Shown: positions 12,201 to 25,025, counted from the first letter of the stretch. The stretch: 64,000 nt of DNA from Tubiluchus corallicola (GCA_030141605.1 JAQGDQ010000079.1:558001-622000), one strand, 5' to 3'. Program-made: numbers and translations. The notes: generated by a model from the letters alone, not told the origin.

Positions 12201-14441
12201 CTTCAGATAATCTCTCACACTAATATTTCGTTTTGACAGTCAGCTGAAAGCAGACAATGTTCAGGGTATTATGGACCTACCAACCTGTAGGATGAAAGTT
12301 GTGATTGGCGAAAATCCAATGGTGCCGCCCACAAATGACTTAGTGCTTGGAGAAATAGCCTCGTTGGTTGTCTACATCAAGGAAAGCAGTAAGTTAATAT
12401 TTACGCCTATTGTTTCTAATTATTAGTTACGCGACTGGCTCTACTAGTTCTGCATTTTGAAAGGCAAATTTCTAGAGTATAAAAATGTTTACAATTATAA
12501 GGTAAATATAATTATTATACATGAAGTAAAAATCATAATGTTCAATTACGCAATTTGTAATTAAAAGTTTCGTGTGTTCGACAAGAATATTTCAGTCAAA
12601 TGTATTAGGGAAAAATGAACTATAACCAACATAACTTTTCTTTTGACAATTACGAATAATATTTTTCACTGCTTATAGCTCACTATGATGTCTTTGTATC
12701 TAACTGCTACGCCCATGATGGTATGGATATGAGTTTCCTCAGCCTAATGGATGAGAATGGCTGCCCTGTTCACAGAAAAATAATAGGAAAACAGCAGCAC
12801 ACTACAGATATGGCTCCTGGTGACACGCTTGTGTTCGCCTACTTCAAAACCTTCAAGTTTCCAGACGTAAATAATGTCTTTTTCGAGTGCCAGTGTACAC
12901 TGTGCATGCAAAATTGTTTTCAAGTAAGTTAACTTGTGGTTTACCTTCTGCAACATTAGACGTAGGGCGGTCAACATATTATCCATCTTCTCTATATTAC
13001 CTTAGTGGACGGGGTTTTGCTAAATGATATTTTTTGCGACGATTAATAACCAGTTCCAGATACGCTGCTGCCAACTCTCGAAGCAAAATAAAAAGACACT
13101 GAGCAAAAAATAAAAAATAGGTTTCTTTCACGACTCCATAGTTATATTGATGTCTAAGAAAAGAGGCTAAAAATCATAAAATTGTTTTGATCTGGTAATT
13201 TCTAGAGTCTAGAATAAATTTCCATGTTTTACCATGCCGACGTATACCTGTCCACAAACTCCACCGCGCAGCCAATAAATGCAATAAATTATAAATCAGA
13301 TCAAAGTTGCCAGCTGTTAATCCTTCTTCAGCTTACAAAAGTTAGCTAGCGTTTAACACTCGGTACAACCAGATCGATGTTGGTATTGCTTTGGCAAGAG
13401 CTGCAAAATGGAACTGTTTAGAATTATAAGATTTTGTCGTACAGTTGATTTTCTTCATGTGTCTGTTTCTGACACGTGCTGAAAAACGTCAGTTAAATTT
13501 TTCTTAGAAAATCAAAATTTTCTTTCTTTTTTTCGTTCTATATTGTTTCAGCTGCACTTAATCTAGGCAGTTTTTGTTTTATGTGTATTTCAACCCCACG
13601 TAAGAGGATATACATGTGGTTTTACTTTTAGCTAACTGTGGAATTATTAACTATTTCAGCCGCAGTGTGGTGCTAGGCGCAAGCGAGAAATTGATGCTAA
13701 TATGGAACAAGCTGTTGGAGATACCCGAGCTTTCCAATCAGTTAAGGTTAAACTCCCAACGCTAGGCAGCTTTGAAATTACTAAAGAAGGTTTGTTAAGC
13801 AGCTAAAAACTCAAACTTGCATTTCTTATTTCTTAAACAAAACAAATACGTGCACTTCGCACAATCTGTTTTTGCCTTTTACAAAACAAAAGCTCTTCTT
13901 ATGGTTACAATATTTCTTTATGTTAAAATGTTATGTCTAAAACAGTTATCAGTTTACTTTTTAATAATAAACGCATCATTGAATTTATTATGTATTTTTA
14001 TTTCTTCTACCAGAATTTTTGCGTTACTTGCTTGCGAATAACTCTGTAAAGCCGTTCTTTTCGCCGTGTTGTTGTTCTCAGCTTGGTTTTCGTTCTCTTC
14101 ATGTAACACAAAACTTTGCCATTTGCTCATTATCAGGCGAACAATGCGTACTAAATTTTCATCAAAATTTGGGTCATGACCACTGTAAACTATCTATGAC
14201 CACTTAACAGCTTATTACCATCACTTCAGTCCAATTTTCCTGGACTGGATGCGTGGCCACTAGCTATTCAAGTTTCGAAAAAATTATTTCCGTCCGAACA
14301 TTTAATGGATTTTTCGGCTTTTAAGTATCGTTTCAGGAATAAAAATCTGGGTAGATGAGATTTTAATTATACGCGAATGCCCTATAAATTAAATATTGAT
14401 TTGCACTGGGATGAACCTAAATAGGTAACGAACAGAGCGAG

Positions 14442-14501
<60 letters not shown>

Positions 14502-15239
14502 GAGAGAAAGGAGAGCGAGGTAAAAGAGAAAGGAGGAGAAAGAGAAGAGAGGAAGTAAGGGAGACAGGGAGGCGACAATGAGAGCGAGAGGGGAAGGAAC
14601 GAGGGCGAGACGAAAGAGAAAATGGAAAGAGAGAGAAAGAGGGAAAAAGCAAGAGATGAAGATAGAGAGGAGAGTGAGTGAGAGAGAGAGAGAGAGAGAT
14701 CAAAAGGAGTAAAAAAAGTTGCACATTGACCGAAATGAGCTTGCGATACCCTGGTAGTGATCGGAAAGAAAATATTAAATAAGCGAGTAACCAAATGCTT
14801 CACATTCCGGACTAGTTTATTGTAAAATTTTGCCAAGTCTTATGATATCTTACTTATAATTTTAAACTGCCTAATTTATAATATAATTTGTAATTTAATC
14901 TAACTAGTTTTTATGGTATTTTACTGTATTTTAGGGTTTTATTATCAATTGTTGGTCTCTACATCATAAGTTATTTTATAGTATTTTAGTATTAGTATTA
15001 CTGTTTTAGTATTTTAATTATCATTTTTCTTTATAACAGGATATGAGGCTGCACTGAACTCAGCATTAGACGTGCAATCATTAAACATCTGCGTTCCGAA
15101 GACAGGGTTCACTATGGGAATAATATTTTTGGTACTGCTTATTACAATTATTGTAGTCATTTCTTTTCTTTTGTACAGACAGCGAAGAAATGGCTGTGAG
15201 GCTGAAGCGGTTAATATTCACTTGAAAGGTATACAATAA
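7931..15239 (+). CDS. Cuticlin/dusky-type zona pellucida (ZP) domain transmembrane protein (at least 606 aa; first exon with ATG not identified)
   Basis: Phase-consistent AG/GT exons: 7931-8675, 9310-9399, 10760-10860, 11649-11809, 12240-12388, 12679-12923, 13660-13789, 15040-15239 (1821 nt, in frame to TAA). ZP-N: VECDMERNRMSVTFTFQRDFDGVIYTKG...IPLDRCGM...WDKAYRVQC. ZP-C: PTCRMKV...VSNCYAHDG...DENGCP...FKTFKFPD...FECQCTLC...C...PQC. Furin site RRKR, TM helix GIIFLVLLITIIVVISFLLY followed by RQRR; AATAAA just after the stop. Confidence 0.9.
9110..9248. repeat. Compound (TTG)n/(ATG)n microsatellite in a ZP-gene intron
   Basis: Directly visible; explains the poly-Leu/Met ORF at 9113..9379. Confidence 0.95.
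10990..11135. repeat. Degenerate (CTG)/(ACG)/(ATG)/(ATA) trinucleotide tract
   Basis: Directly visible, intronic. Confidence 0.85.
14449..14699. repeat. (AG)n microsatellite and polypurine tract
   Basis: Long (ga)n run followed by about 200 bp of mostly A/G sequence in the last ZP intron. Confidence 0.95.
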
Positions 15240-17058
15240 CAAATAAATTAAATATATTAGGTCGTTAATAGCCACAATATTAATGAATTATGCAGTGCAC
15301 TTTTGTTGCAATTATTGCCGCCAGGTAGCTGCACGCTGTTTTTGTCTAAATTACTCGCTCAACTTTACCCGAATGAGTTCTCTGATAAAATGACAATCGA
15401 TATATGGGTCTGTAACTTTAAACACTAACTTAATAGTATCAGCAGAATACAGGAATCTTACAATTTGGCAGAGAGGTCTCCAAAAAGTCTTTCCTGAAAA
15501 AGATGTATAGGCTGTAAAGTAGAAAGTCCTCTCTAAAATGGTGCGTACACGGATGTAGATGTAAATATTTGTGAAACTGACAACTTAGATGTACGTATTA
15601 AATCTCTTTTTCTAACATTGTCCTGGGGTTAGTCTGAACGGTAGATGTTGGGGTAAATGGAGGGTTAAATGGCGAGTCGACCATTGTGTGTCCAATCAGA
15701 AGGATTAGTTGCGTTTAAGCCACTTTAATTCGTTTCTGAAATTTATGCGTAAATGTAAATTGAACTTCATCTAACGAGAAAATCAAATTTCAACGCTGTT
15801 GCGATTATGGTATAATTTGTAGTAACAACGGATTAATTTATGAACTTTAACAGGAGTGGCACACTAGCGTTCGCCTATGTGTATAACTGTGTGCGTAAGA
15901 AAAGCGTAACCACGTCACCTGAACATTAGCTTTATGAGCATTATGAGACTTTCGTCCATTGTGCCTTATGATTTGTTTGTGCATTCATTTGTGTATATTG
16001 CACTGCTATGGCCAAATTGTTGTATTAACTTTAACGTTAAATTTGCAGCGCGATCATTGTTTATATTTATTTATTATTTATTTGTTAACATTTTCTGTTA
16101 TTGAAATTACTATTTATGTACTATTATCTTATGGCCTCACTGCTGCTTTTGCATGCATTGTTTATTATATAAATTCACTTTTTCGAATAAATTTTTTTTG
16201 TTTTCACGCGAATTGTTTTCATGTTATATGTTCTGCAACTTATACTGTAAATACAAGTTACAGTGACGTGAAGTAGAATGCATTAGACATAAGGGACACA
16301 ATGCTACTGTGTGAACTGATGTCAGCACTCAACACTCGTATGGTACGTCTGTATGGTATGATCTAACAAGAACCTATAATGCCAAATAATTCCACGTAGC
16401 CTAATGTAAATTTTGGATAAGTGATATTTGCAGCAAACTTTTCAACTTTTGCACAGCATTCTGTTATTGTAACATTTTTCTAGCAGAGATCAGTGAACAT
16501 GTGCCTTAGAACAAAATGGACTGACTGCCTTAAACTTACGTAAGGCACTAAATTATAACATTCTTACATACAATATAAGTATCTACACTTAAATACAAAC
16601 TTAAACAATACCAAACCGACAAAACAATTTGTCACAAGGAATAAACTGACGAAGGAAAAGAAAACAACAGTTACTGGCGAGCTAAAATAAGTAACATAAA
16701 GAACAAAAATGAGGTATATTGAAGTCTGTGAAGGCCAACTTTATATACTCATTGTCACATGACAATAACTTAATTATTGAACCTACCTGTTATATAATTC
16801 ATTATACTAATTAGGCTATAAGATAGTCTAGTAGGTATGTTTTAATGGTTGCACGTTGTTTCTTACAATTCTATTTCATTCTCACTGTAGCTTCTGTAGA
16901 TCAGCTTTTATATAATTTAGGCCTACTCATTGTTATCGTTGCTATATGTAAATCTCATTGAAAAAAGTTTCAAGTCTTGGCACATTTCGTACCATAGTTT
17001 ACAAACTGACCCTCGGCGACAACTCCACCGTCGTGTCAACAGCGCAATGGTTTTACAG

Positions 17059-17970
17059 CTACCCGTTCCTAACCCGACGTTCACCGTTTATGCCATAACC
17101 CGTTGTTCTAACCGATCTAGGATATCCAGTTTGGCCATAGTATTTCCCACCGTAACAGCCTCTTCTACCATAGTAGCCCTGACCATAACCATTTCTGCGA
17201 TATTTATAGTTGTTTCCATGACGTTTTCCAGCATAATTACCATTATTTTGATTTCTACCATAAACTTGATTATTGTTGTAACCGTTTCCATTATAACCGT
17301 AATTATTGTTCGCGTAATTTCTGTTGTAAGCGTAATCCCGGTCGTATTTGTTTGCTCCACCATAAGCATCGTAACCAATACTATTCCCATATCCCGCATT
17401 TCTATACTGTCTAGACCTTTCGTTCCCATATCCCGCATTTCTATACTGTCTAGACCTTTCGTTCCCATAGTAACGGTTGCCGTAGCTGCCATAATCACCA
17501 TAGTAGCCACTTTTACTATAAACAGGAGTACCTCTGTAACCATAACCACTTCTGCCGTGATTTTGACCGTAAGCACCGTTGTTGTTGTACCCAGCTCTAC
17601 CGTAACCTTGGTTGCTACTACCATAGTTACCATAACCACCATAGTCACCATAGCCTTGAAAACTATCACCATTTCGATGAACGCTATAACCATAGCAACC
17701 AACTTTCTCTTTGTTATACTCATCATCATGAACACAACCGGGCAAGCATTCGTCGAACACCGTCCCGTAAGCGCATATACGGCGCACAGGTCTTTCATGC
17801 GGCGTTCCAGTGTGAAGACATTCTAAGTACGTTCTGCAGTCAGTGGGGTCACTCAATAACTGACCAGCAAAATAACAAAAATTAGCAGGTTTGCAGCGGC
17901 CATAAGCTTCAATTTTGTTTATGATTATAAGGACAATAATAACAGAACAATGCGTAGTCAAAAGTACCAT
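17059..17970 (-). CDS. Secreted chitin-binding type-2-like protein with Gly/Tyr/Asn/Arg-rich tail, paralog B (303 aa, single coding exon)
   Basis: ATG at 17970; hydrophobic N-terminus MVLLTTHCSVIIVLIIINKIEA. Same 8-Cys domain as paralog A (CYFAGQLLSDPTDCRTYLECLHTGT...CAYGTVFDECLPGCV...C). About 200 aa of GYG/YGN/NYG-type repeats follow. Confidence 0.82.
   Translation of the reverse strand: MVLLTTHCSVIIVLIIINKIEAYGRCKPANFCYFAGQLLSDPTDCRTYLECLHTGTPHERPVRRICAYGTVFDECLPGCVHDDEYNKEKVGCYGYSVHRNGDSFQGYGDYGGYGNYGSSNQGYGRAGYNNNGAYGQNHGRSGYGYRGTPVYSKSGYYGDYGSYGNRYYGNERSRQYRNAGYGNERSRQYRNAGYGNSIGYDAYGGANKYDRDYAYNRNYANNNYGYNGNGYNNNQVYGRNQNNGNYAGKRHGNNYKYRRNGYGQGYYGRRGCYGGKYYGQTGYPRSVRTTGYGINGERRVRNG
17384..17469 (-). 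repeat. 39-bp perfect tandem duplication inside the CDS (YGNERSRQYRNAG x2)
   Basis: ttcccatatcccgcatttctatactgtctagacctttcg occurs at 17384 and 17423, followed by a partial third copy. Confidence 0.9.
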
Positions 17971-18990
17971 GCTTAATAACAATTAATCAACACTGTAAAA
18001 TGAGGTCAAAACAATAACATGCATACAATTCGAGAAACAATATCACCGCTTCACGTTCGTAGTTCTTACAATGTGGAAATGGTAGTAGAGTGGTGTGCGT
18101 TCACATGAAATTACTTTTTCCTTAGGCTATTATTTGCTTCAGAGCTGGATAACTGTGACAGTGACTTATAACCAGAATACTGGGTTTTATCTCATTTTCT
18201 CGATTTCTACAATGCAATGCGGAAGGTTGAATTCACAAGAGAGTCAAGCATTTGCAATTTATGCTGCGTAAGCGATACCATTCAGAAGATCCCTATCATC
18301 TGTTGTAGTGAACCGAATGTTGTACAAACTGATAATTCTTACAACATTTTTGATGCACAATTTTGCAAGAAGTTGGGAAAAATTTGGGCAATTAGTTTTT
18401 AATTCAATGACTGGAAACAGTTGGACGACGCGTGGAAATGGTGTCATCGCTACACTGAAAATTTAAATTGCACTCGGGAACTTAATTAACTGATAACTGC
18501 TTCGTAACACGTCGTGCCATAAAATTAGTGTCAAGTTAGTGAAATTAAACTTATTCGGGACGTTAAGATACTGAAATCGATACTTATTTAGCTAATTAGT
18601 TATGTTTAAAATGAATATGTAGTGTGCAGTGACTATAGTTTGAGTATGCAATGCACATACATACAGTAACTGGAAAAGGAACGACATATTAAAAAACAGT
18701 GTTCAGTTAATAGTTTAATTGTGAACTATATGAAAGAATCTTACGCGAAATATGAATCGTACAGTTTGCCAGGAATACTGATCGCGGTGTACTTGAGAAA
18801 GAAGAGAACATAAGCACATTTCATATTATAGCAAACGACAAGAGATGTGACTAAATCTCTAAACCAGAGTGAAAAATTTACTTAATATTCTAAAAGACTC
18901 GTTGTAGTATTGTAACTTGTAAAATGTTTTCTATTTACCTGGAACGACTGATAAATATATGTAGACGTTATGGTCATTTCTTACGTGTTG

Positions 18991-19707
18991 TCATTTCTCA
19001 AAACAAGTAAAATTTATTAAAAATGTTAGTCCCAATAACGTAGCTTTTATATTCACATCCAAGTCCAATGGAAAAGTTAGTCCGATGTTATTATTGGCAT
19101 CCGTGAAAGTTTCGCTGGCCACACCTTTCCACTTCTTGGCTATTGTACCAATCTGGTGGCTACCGTGTGCAGAGATTAAGCGAAACGTGATGTCTTTGTA
19201 ACAACGGCATGTACAGGAAGGACCATGTACTTTCAGGACGACATCGCCTTCTGCGTTGTAGACGCGATACTTGGGATATAGTAAAGAGAGTTGCTGTACA
19301 GCAAAACCAGATTTGATTCCTGGAGGTGCCATCACGTCTATGTGTTGAAGACAAGAAGGACTGCAGCAGCCTGAACAACGAAGTGTTCTGTACACATGGA
19401 CGACCTCAGCATTGTCGTTGTCATATATCCTCAAGTCAAATTGGCTAAAAGGTTCAAAACAATTCTGAGACAACCAGTTCACGTTGCGGACTGCCACGAA
19501 GACCCTTTCACCCATGATATTCTTTATAGTGTACCTGTTGTTCAATTGTTCCTCGCTGTCAATGCGGCTCATGTACAGCACCCTTTGCTGGTGAATTAAA
19601 AGTTGATCGAGTTGAGTGAGGCATTCTAAGCCAAGTGGACAAATTCCAACTGTAGACAAGTGATTCAGGCCCCATGCTTTTGGTTTGTTCGACATTCTAT
19701 CATACAT
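18991..19707 (-). CDS. Phospholipid scramblase family protein, intronless CDS (238 aa)
   Basis: CPLGLECLTQLDQLLIHQ, NRYTIKN, Cys-rich LRCSGCCSPSCLQHIDVMAPPG, IGTIAKKWKG, FTDA..G..FPLDLDV..KATLLG..FLI.F..FE are all characteristic PLSCR motifs. Confidence 0.92.
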   Translation of the reverse strand: MYDRMSNKPKAWGLNHLSTVGICPLGLECLTQLDQLLIHQQRVLYMSRIDSEEQLNNRYTIKNIMGERVFVAVRNVNWLSQNCFEPFSQFDLRIYDNDNAEVVHVYRTLRCSGCCSPSCLQHIDVMAPPGIKSGFAVQQLSLLYPKYRVYNAEGDVVLKVHGPSCTCRCYKDITFRLISAHGSHQIGTIAKKWKGVASETFTDANNNIGLTFPLDLDVNIKATLLGLTFLINFTCFEK

Positions 19708-22700
19708 TCAAATTTGAAACTTCCTAAAAGGCCAAGTGAACATTTTTCTACATTGTTAACTTCGCATGACCTATAAGTGAATTGCAAATGACGTAAACAG
19801 AACAGAACACAAGGAAAAGGAAAAAAGCTCGTTAGTCCAAAAAACTGGGTGTGATGTTTATAAGTTTTGTAAATGATAACTTTAGGTAAATTTTCATAAT
19901 TTATTTTCTTGAGCTCATTCTCAAATCAATTCAATTCACCTTTTATTTCAACATTAAAATTCCCATATAATTCACTAAAAAAAGATAAATTACTAGACAA
20001 ACAAACACATAAAATGCTAACTCTACTAAAAGCGTGCAACAACAACAACAACAAAGATTAAAAGATTAAAAGCTACCCATACCAAATACCAAATAAGAAG
20101 GATGTCGAAAACCTAAATAAAATTGAAGTATATCGCACACCAGAGTCTTTAGCAATATTTGCCAGATCGAACAATTCTGATAAACACACTATAAAAACAC
20201 TTGCGTGGTATATGAATAAAATGTGAGATGCACTGCAATCATATTTATATTTACGTTTAAAACGTTTAGTTATACCATTGTTGTATAATGGTATAACTAA
20301 GTATATGGTATAACTGAGACACCACCCAAGTTTCTCTAAAACAGAAGACGTTTAGAAAAAGAAGACTAGCTCGAGCACTGTTCACTCAGTGTTATCGCAT
20401 GTTTTTATTGATGTTTGCACATTTTTATAGACATATAGACTAATCGGAAAAAGCTATAAGATGGCATTAAGTCTTTCAGTAACATGGTCTTCCAATAAAG
20501 TGATAATTTGGATTTGGCATTCTGACTAGTTGACTATCGTGTAGCAGCATCAAACCATTTTCTTCATAAAAATCGCTATGTTTAATGTAAAACTCGTAAT
20601 GTAATGTAGTGTAATCGTCTCTGCCTTTACATGCGTATGTTCTTGCTTTTGCAATTTTGTTTTCGAAAACACATTAATTACTAATAAACTATGGCATCAG
20701 TTAGTGAAGCAAATATAAAAGAAATTAGAAATAATCTGTTTGTATGAAATGTTTAATGAGCGACTATGATTTCATTTGTATTTAGATCACTGGGGTGCAG
20801 ATGCTTTTGCAACGTTTGTAAAATCTGTTGATCAAAAATGAAAATGTTCTTATTTCTTACTACTGAAGACTTACTTAATAAAGGATTAAGTTCGCTGACG
20901 CACAGTCGACAAACTGTAAACAAACTTCAAAGCATTTTCTTCGCGTTTGAAATGTGCCAAAAACCTGACTGTAAGAACATTGACATAAACAAGCATTTGG
21001 CATTTTGGTTTTATTGGCATTCGAAAAAAAATAGCCAATTTAAATTGTAAACTCCGACAGAATTGTCATATCACACACACACGCACACACACACAAACAC
21101 ACACTTTTTCTTTATTCTGCTAAATTTCCCTGTTTCAACATAAAGCCAACTTGGACAAAAAGCGTTTTGTTAGCTTAATACTGCGAATTTAAAGTTTTAG
21201 TCATTTTCTAAAGCAGTAACCAAAACTACTTAGAATACTGTGCTATTAGTTACTTCACTGTCCTATTAGTTATTTGCAATACCATATTAATGTTGCCATG
21301 CAATCATTTTTACGTTTTGTCGTAAAAAAAGTTAGAATAGGAAGTTACTCTATTGTGGCGGCACAGTATATAAAAACCGGCTAAAAACTCATTACATGAA
21401 CAACAACGTGAACTGTTCTTGGTATTACCATACTTCTGTACGTACACAAATTAACGTGTTTACTGCTTTCAATTAAGTTTCTTCCCTTCTAGTATAAAAG
21501 AATGGAATACGCTATCTATGAATACTAGAAATTCTAGAACTAGCCTTAAATGCTTTAATTAAAACTTACCGTCCACCTTTGAAATCTCGTTATTTTATTG
21601 GTTCACGCTACGCTTCTGGTTAATTAGCACGGTTACTCTTGCATGGGTACTAATACTTTAAACTACTCTTTATACGAGCGCAGCTTATCACGTTCTCCTA
21701 TTTATAACAAGTGTAATTTGCAAACAAAAGATATATTACATTATTTATTAATATGTCCGTTTTTCAATGCTATAAGGTTACCTTACTTGATTAAAGTAAC
21801 TGATTTAATAGTCCCGAATTAATTTCAATGACCTTCTGATGGTCGATAAAATTAAACTTTTAGTCGCTGGTGTTTCCAAATTCTATTAATCAAACATTGC
21901 TTAACGAAACATGAATGTACATTATTAAGAGTGAAACGCAAAAGTAGTTGAATAAATTTAAGACTTCAATGGTATTATTATCATATTTCTCTAAATATAT
22001 ACGTCTATATTTTCTTTTGCTTGTCATTGTAATCGCCACTGTCTTAGCTAGTCGAAACAATAACCGTATCTTATTCAATTTGTTCACCGAGTGTTTAGTT
22101 AGCTGGTATACTTTTGCAACACATTCAGAAAAATCATTGGTTAAGCAGCTTAGCTGCTTTACAGATGACTCTGGAAATAAACAATTGCGTTTATAAAAAT
22201 ACAAACAAGAATGAGGACAAATCTCGCTTCATGTTAAAAAAGAAGCCTCTAACCCACAACAACGAAACAAGTGATGTTAGCTACACTTCTCTTTTGAGAA
22301 TTAATTATTTGGTTATTTTTTGGCTATTCATTCGTGTTAATGTTACCTTGACAATGTCTACATTCTTTTTCACAGGAATGTCTATTACACGGGTGTAAGA
22401 AATATTGTCACGGAAGAAACTAATAAAAAGACTTTACCGATAATTTATTTTAAATATTACACATGTCCCGCTAGTTGAGCTTGACGAACTCATTTTTTAA
22501 AGATTAATCTGTCATAGAGAAAACTAGCAACTATTTTTTTATATTTTACGTATTATTGTGTTGCCCGCCTGTTGAACTATTCTTTCAATTTCAATACTAC
22601 CTTTAGTGTATGAACACTTGATCGATTTATGAGTGCAGTGACGACAGTTTGATCAATATTGCTTTTGTAGCACACGTTGCCTGGCGCAGAACACTAATTT

Positions 22701-22993
22701 GCCATTCTATTTGCATACAAACTTGTTGCTTTCACAAAAGTATCGACCCTACAACTCATTAAAAAGTTCTTTTCGATTTCTATTTCAGAAAAGTAGTGTT
22801 CTGCAAATGAGATCTATTACTACCATATATGATTTCAGTTCTAGTAAAAACAGGTTCATGATTTGAGTGCGACGGTGAAGCGATCACCATCATTATTAGC
22901 GACACTATTGTAGCTTTGGAACTTGGACAAAAAGCACGCATCAGAGTTTTGTCACATTTGATTAATGGCTGTTAACAACCAAAATGGTAGCAA

Positions 22994-23070
22994 TGATGAT
23001 GTTTAATAATGACGACGACAACGATGATGATGATGATGATGGCGACGACGACGACGACGACGATATTGAT
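22994..23070. repeat. (GAT)/(GAC) trinucleotide repeat
   Basis: Directly visible. Confidence 0.85.
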
Positions 23071-23346
23071 AACAACTATATCAGCTAGTCTATTTGGTCT
23101 TTTACATTAATTAAACTTATGTAATATTTGCTATACGATACGAATTTCTAGTTTTTGAGCACCAGAAAAGTTGTAATTCTGTTCATTGTCGCATTCCGAG
23201 TGCTTGACAACCTGGTTAAAGTCAAGACACTTTGCTTAAAAAATTTTTCCGTGGAATATAATCCATGTGAAAAAGAAGCTCTTTGTCAGTGAGATATTCT
23301 ATGGATGCTGGCTTAAGTTATCAAACGCTAATAGAAAACCTTTTGC

Positions 23347-24111
23347 CTAAGAGGCACTTTTGTCAGACTCTATCGTTTCCCTGGCTTCTGCTTCTAGTGT
23401 ATCAAAAGTGTCCATACGTTTATTACTAGAAATCCATTCCTTTAATAGTCTAATACTTTCTGAAGTCAGTTCATGTCCCATATTTGGAACGCTGCACAAT
23501 TCTGACCTCACGCCCAGCGTTTTCATCATAAGGTGAGTTTCCAAAGACCATCTATGCCTAGCAACGCGGTCTCCAATGCCGTGTATTAGAAGAAGTGGTG
23601 GATTCTCTAAATTTTTTCGCACGGCCTTGAACACCTCAGAGTTTTCCTGAAGGAACGCAGACATGGCGAAGACCCCTGATAGTTTGGGGTACAGTTTATA
23701 CGCCACATGCATGGCTATTATACCGCCCACGTTATAACCTCCAACAATAATACGACTTTCTGGTATTCCATAAGATATTTCGCTTTCAATTACAACTGAT
23801 AGTCTTGCGCACATATCATTTATGCTTTCTGTATTCTCTGGTACACAGGGCAACAGAAACCCGTGTTTAAACCATGAATTTCTCAGGACGCCTTGTTGAG
23901 TAGGAAGAGGTATTCGAGGTGCGGTCGGATAAACCACTTTGGTCCGAGGAAATCTCAGATCTTCACTTAGTAACTCGTCTATTGTGATTTTTAAACCAAT
24001 GCCAGTGTCACAGGAGCCGTGTAGGAAAATAAGACAACTGACTGCTTTCTGTTTAATTTGAGGAATCGTAAGACACCGAAGACCTCGCACAGCTGCTTTC
24101 ACTTGCACCAT
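23347..24111 (-). CDS. Lysophospholipase-like 1 / acyl-protein thioesterase family alpha/beta hydrolase, paralog A; nucleophile Ser replaced by Asn (254 aa, intronless CDS)
   Basis: ATG at 24111. Motifs LIFLHGSCDTG, YPTAP, WF, GIPESRIIVGGYNVGG (canonical GGFSMGG), HGIGD, GHEL. Confidence 0.88.
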   Translation of the reverse strand: MVQVKAAVRGLRCLTIPQIKQKAVSCLIFLHGSCDTGIGLKITIDELLSEDLRFPRTKVVYPTAPRIPLPTQQGVLRNSWFKHGFLLPCVPENTESINDMCARLSVVIESEISYGIPESRIIVGGYNVGGIIAMHVAYKLYPKLSGVFAMSAFLQENSEVFKAVRKNLENPPLLLIHGIGDRVARHRWSLETHLMMKTLGVRSELCSVPNMGHELTSESIRLLKEWISSNKRMDTFDTLEAEARETIESDKSAS

Positions 24112-24909
24112 CCCAATAAATAATTGAATTACAACCTCTTCCAAATGGAAATTCCAGAATGCAAAACTGCTCCAAACGAGATCAAAATTTCTTCAGGTTT
24201 TAACCTATTTCTCACACCAGATTTAATGACACTTGAGTTGGATTAATTTTTACGATGAAGGCAGGCTGCTGTTCTCTTGATTTCTTTAGATTTAATAATA
24301 GGTTTGGTTGAAATTCAAAAGTACCAGCATAACAACTATAATTGCCGCCTGATGGCGTGAATTGTCGAAAAGTTTTTTTTAGCTGTTCAGAATCGGATTT
24401 GATTTGATAATTGTTTGCAATTCACTGAGATGAAGATGCAAGTTTAATTGCGCCAAGTCATGGTTCTGGGCATGTTCTGCATCGAATCACTTTGTGCATT
24501 CAAAAACGTTTGTCAATAAACTCTTGCTCACGCAGCCAAGCTTGAGAAGGAGATTGAAAAAATAAAAACAGTTTTTTAAATGAAGATTAAATCCATACCA
24601 GCCAGGCTGGTAACCAAGGCTGCCTGGATTACGCGTATGCAGTGTGTGATTCGAAGAAAATAATTTTCCATTAGCTCGTCACTCAACATACCCCGTGCAC
24701 TTGAAGTTTATGAAAACAAGAAGCAAATTTAAGAGAAATACAATATTTGAGGCTATAGTGCTACAGGATCTAAAGTGATCGTGACAGTAACTACAGTATG
24801 TTTGGTGTGATAATTTTGTGACGTATTAATTTCGCAAACTTGCATGAACAATAGGTATGTACCACTAAAATGTTATTGAAAGTATGTATCACTAGAATGA
24901 TATTGAAAA

Positions 24910-25025
24910 CTCTCTCTCTCTCTCTTTCACACATACACACACACACACACACGCACGCACGCACGCACGCGCACGCACACACTTTTTCTTGCCTAAATCT
25001 CGTTCATTGCTTTCAAGAGAGAGGG

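Noticed and set aside
14389-14836. LSLSLS/ERERER-type ORFs (also near 24800-25180 and 47700-47950)
   Set aside because: Dinucleotide microsatellites.
16930-17826. 298-aa plus-strand and 236-aa minus-strand hydrophobic Ile/Val/Thr-rich ORFs
   Set aside because: Antisense or alternate-frame artefacts of GGT/TAT/AAT codon repetition in paralog B.
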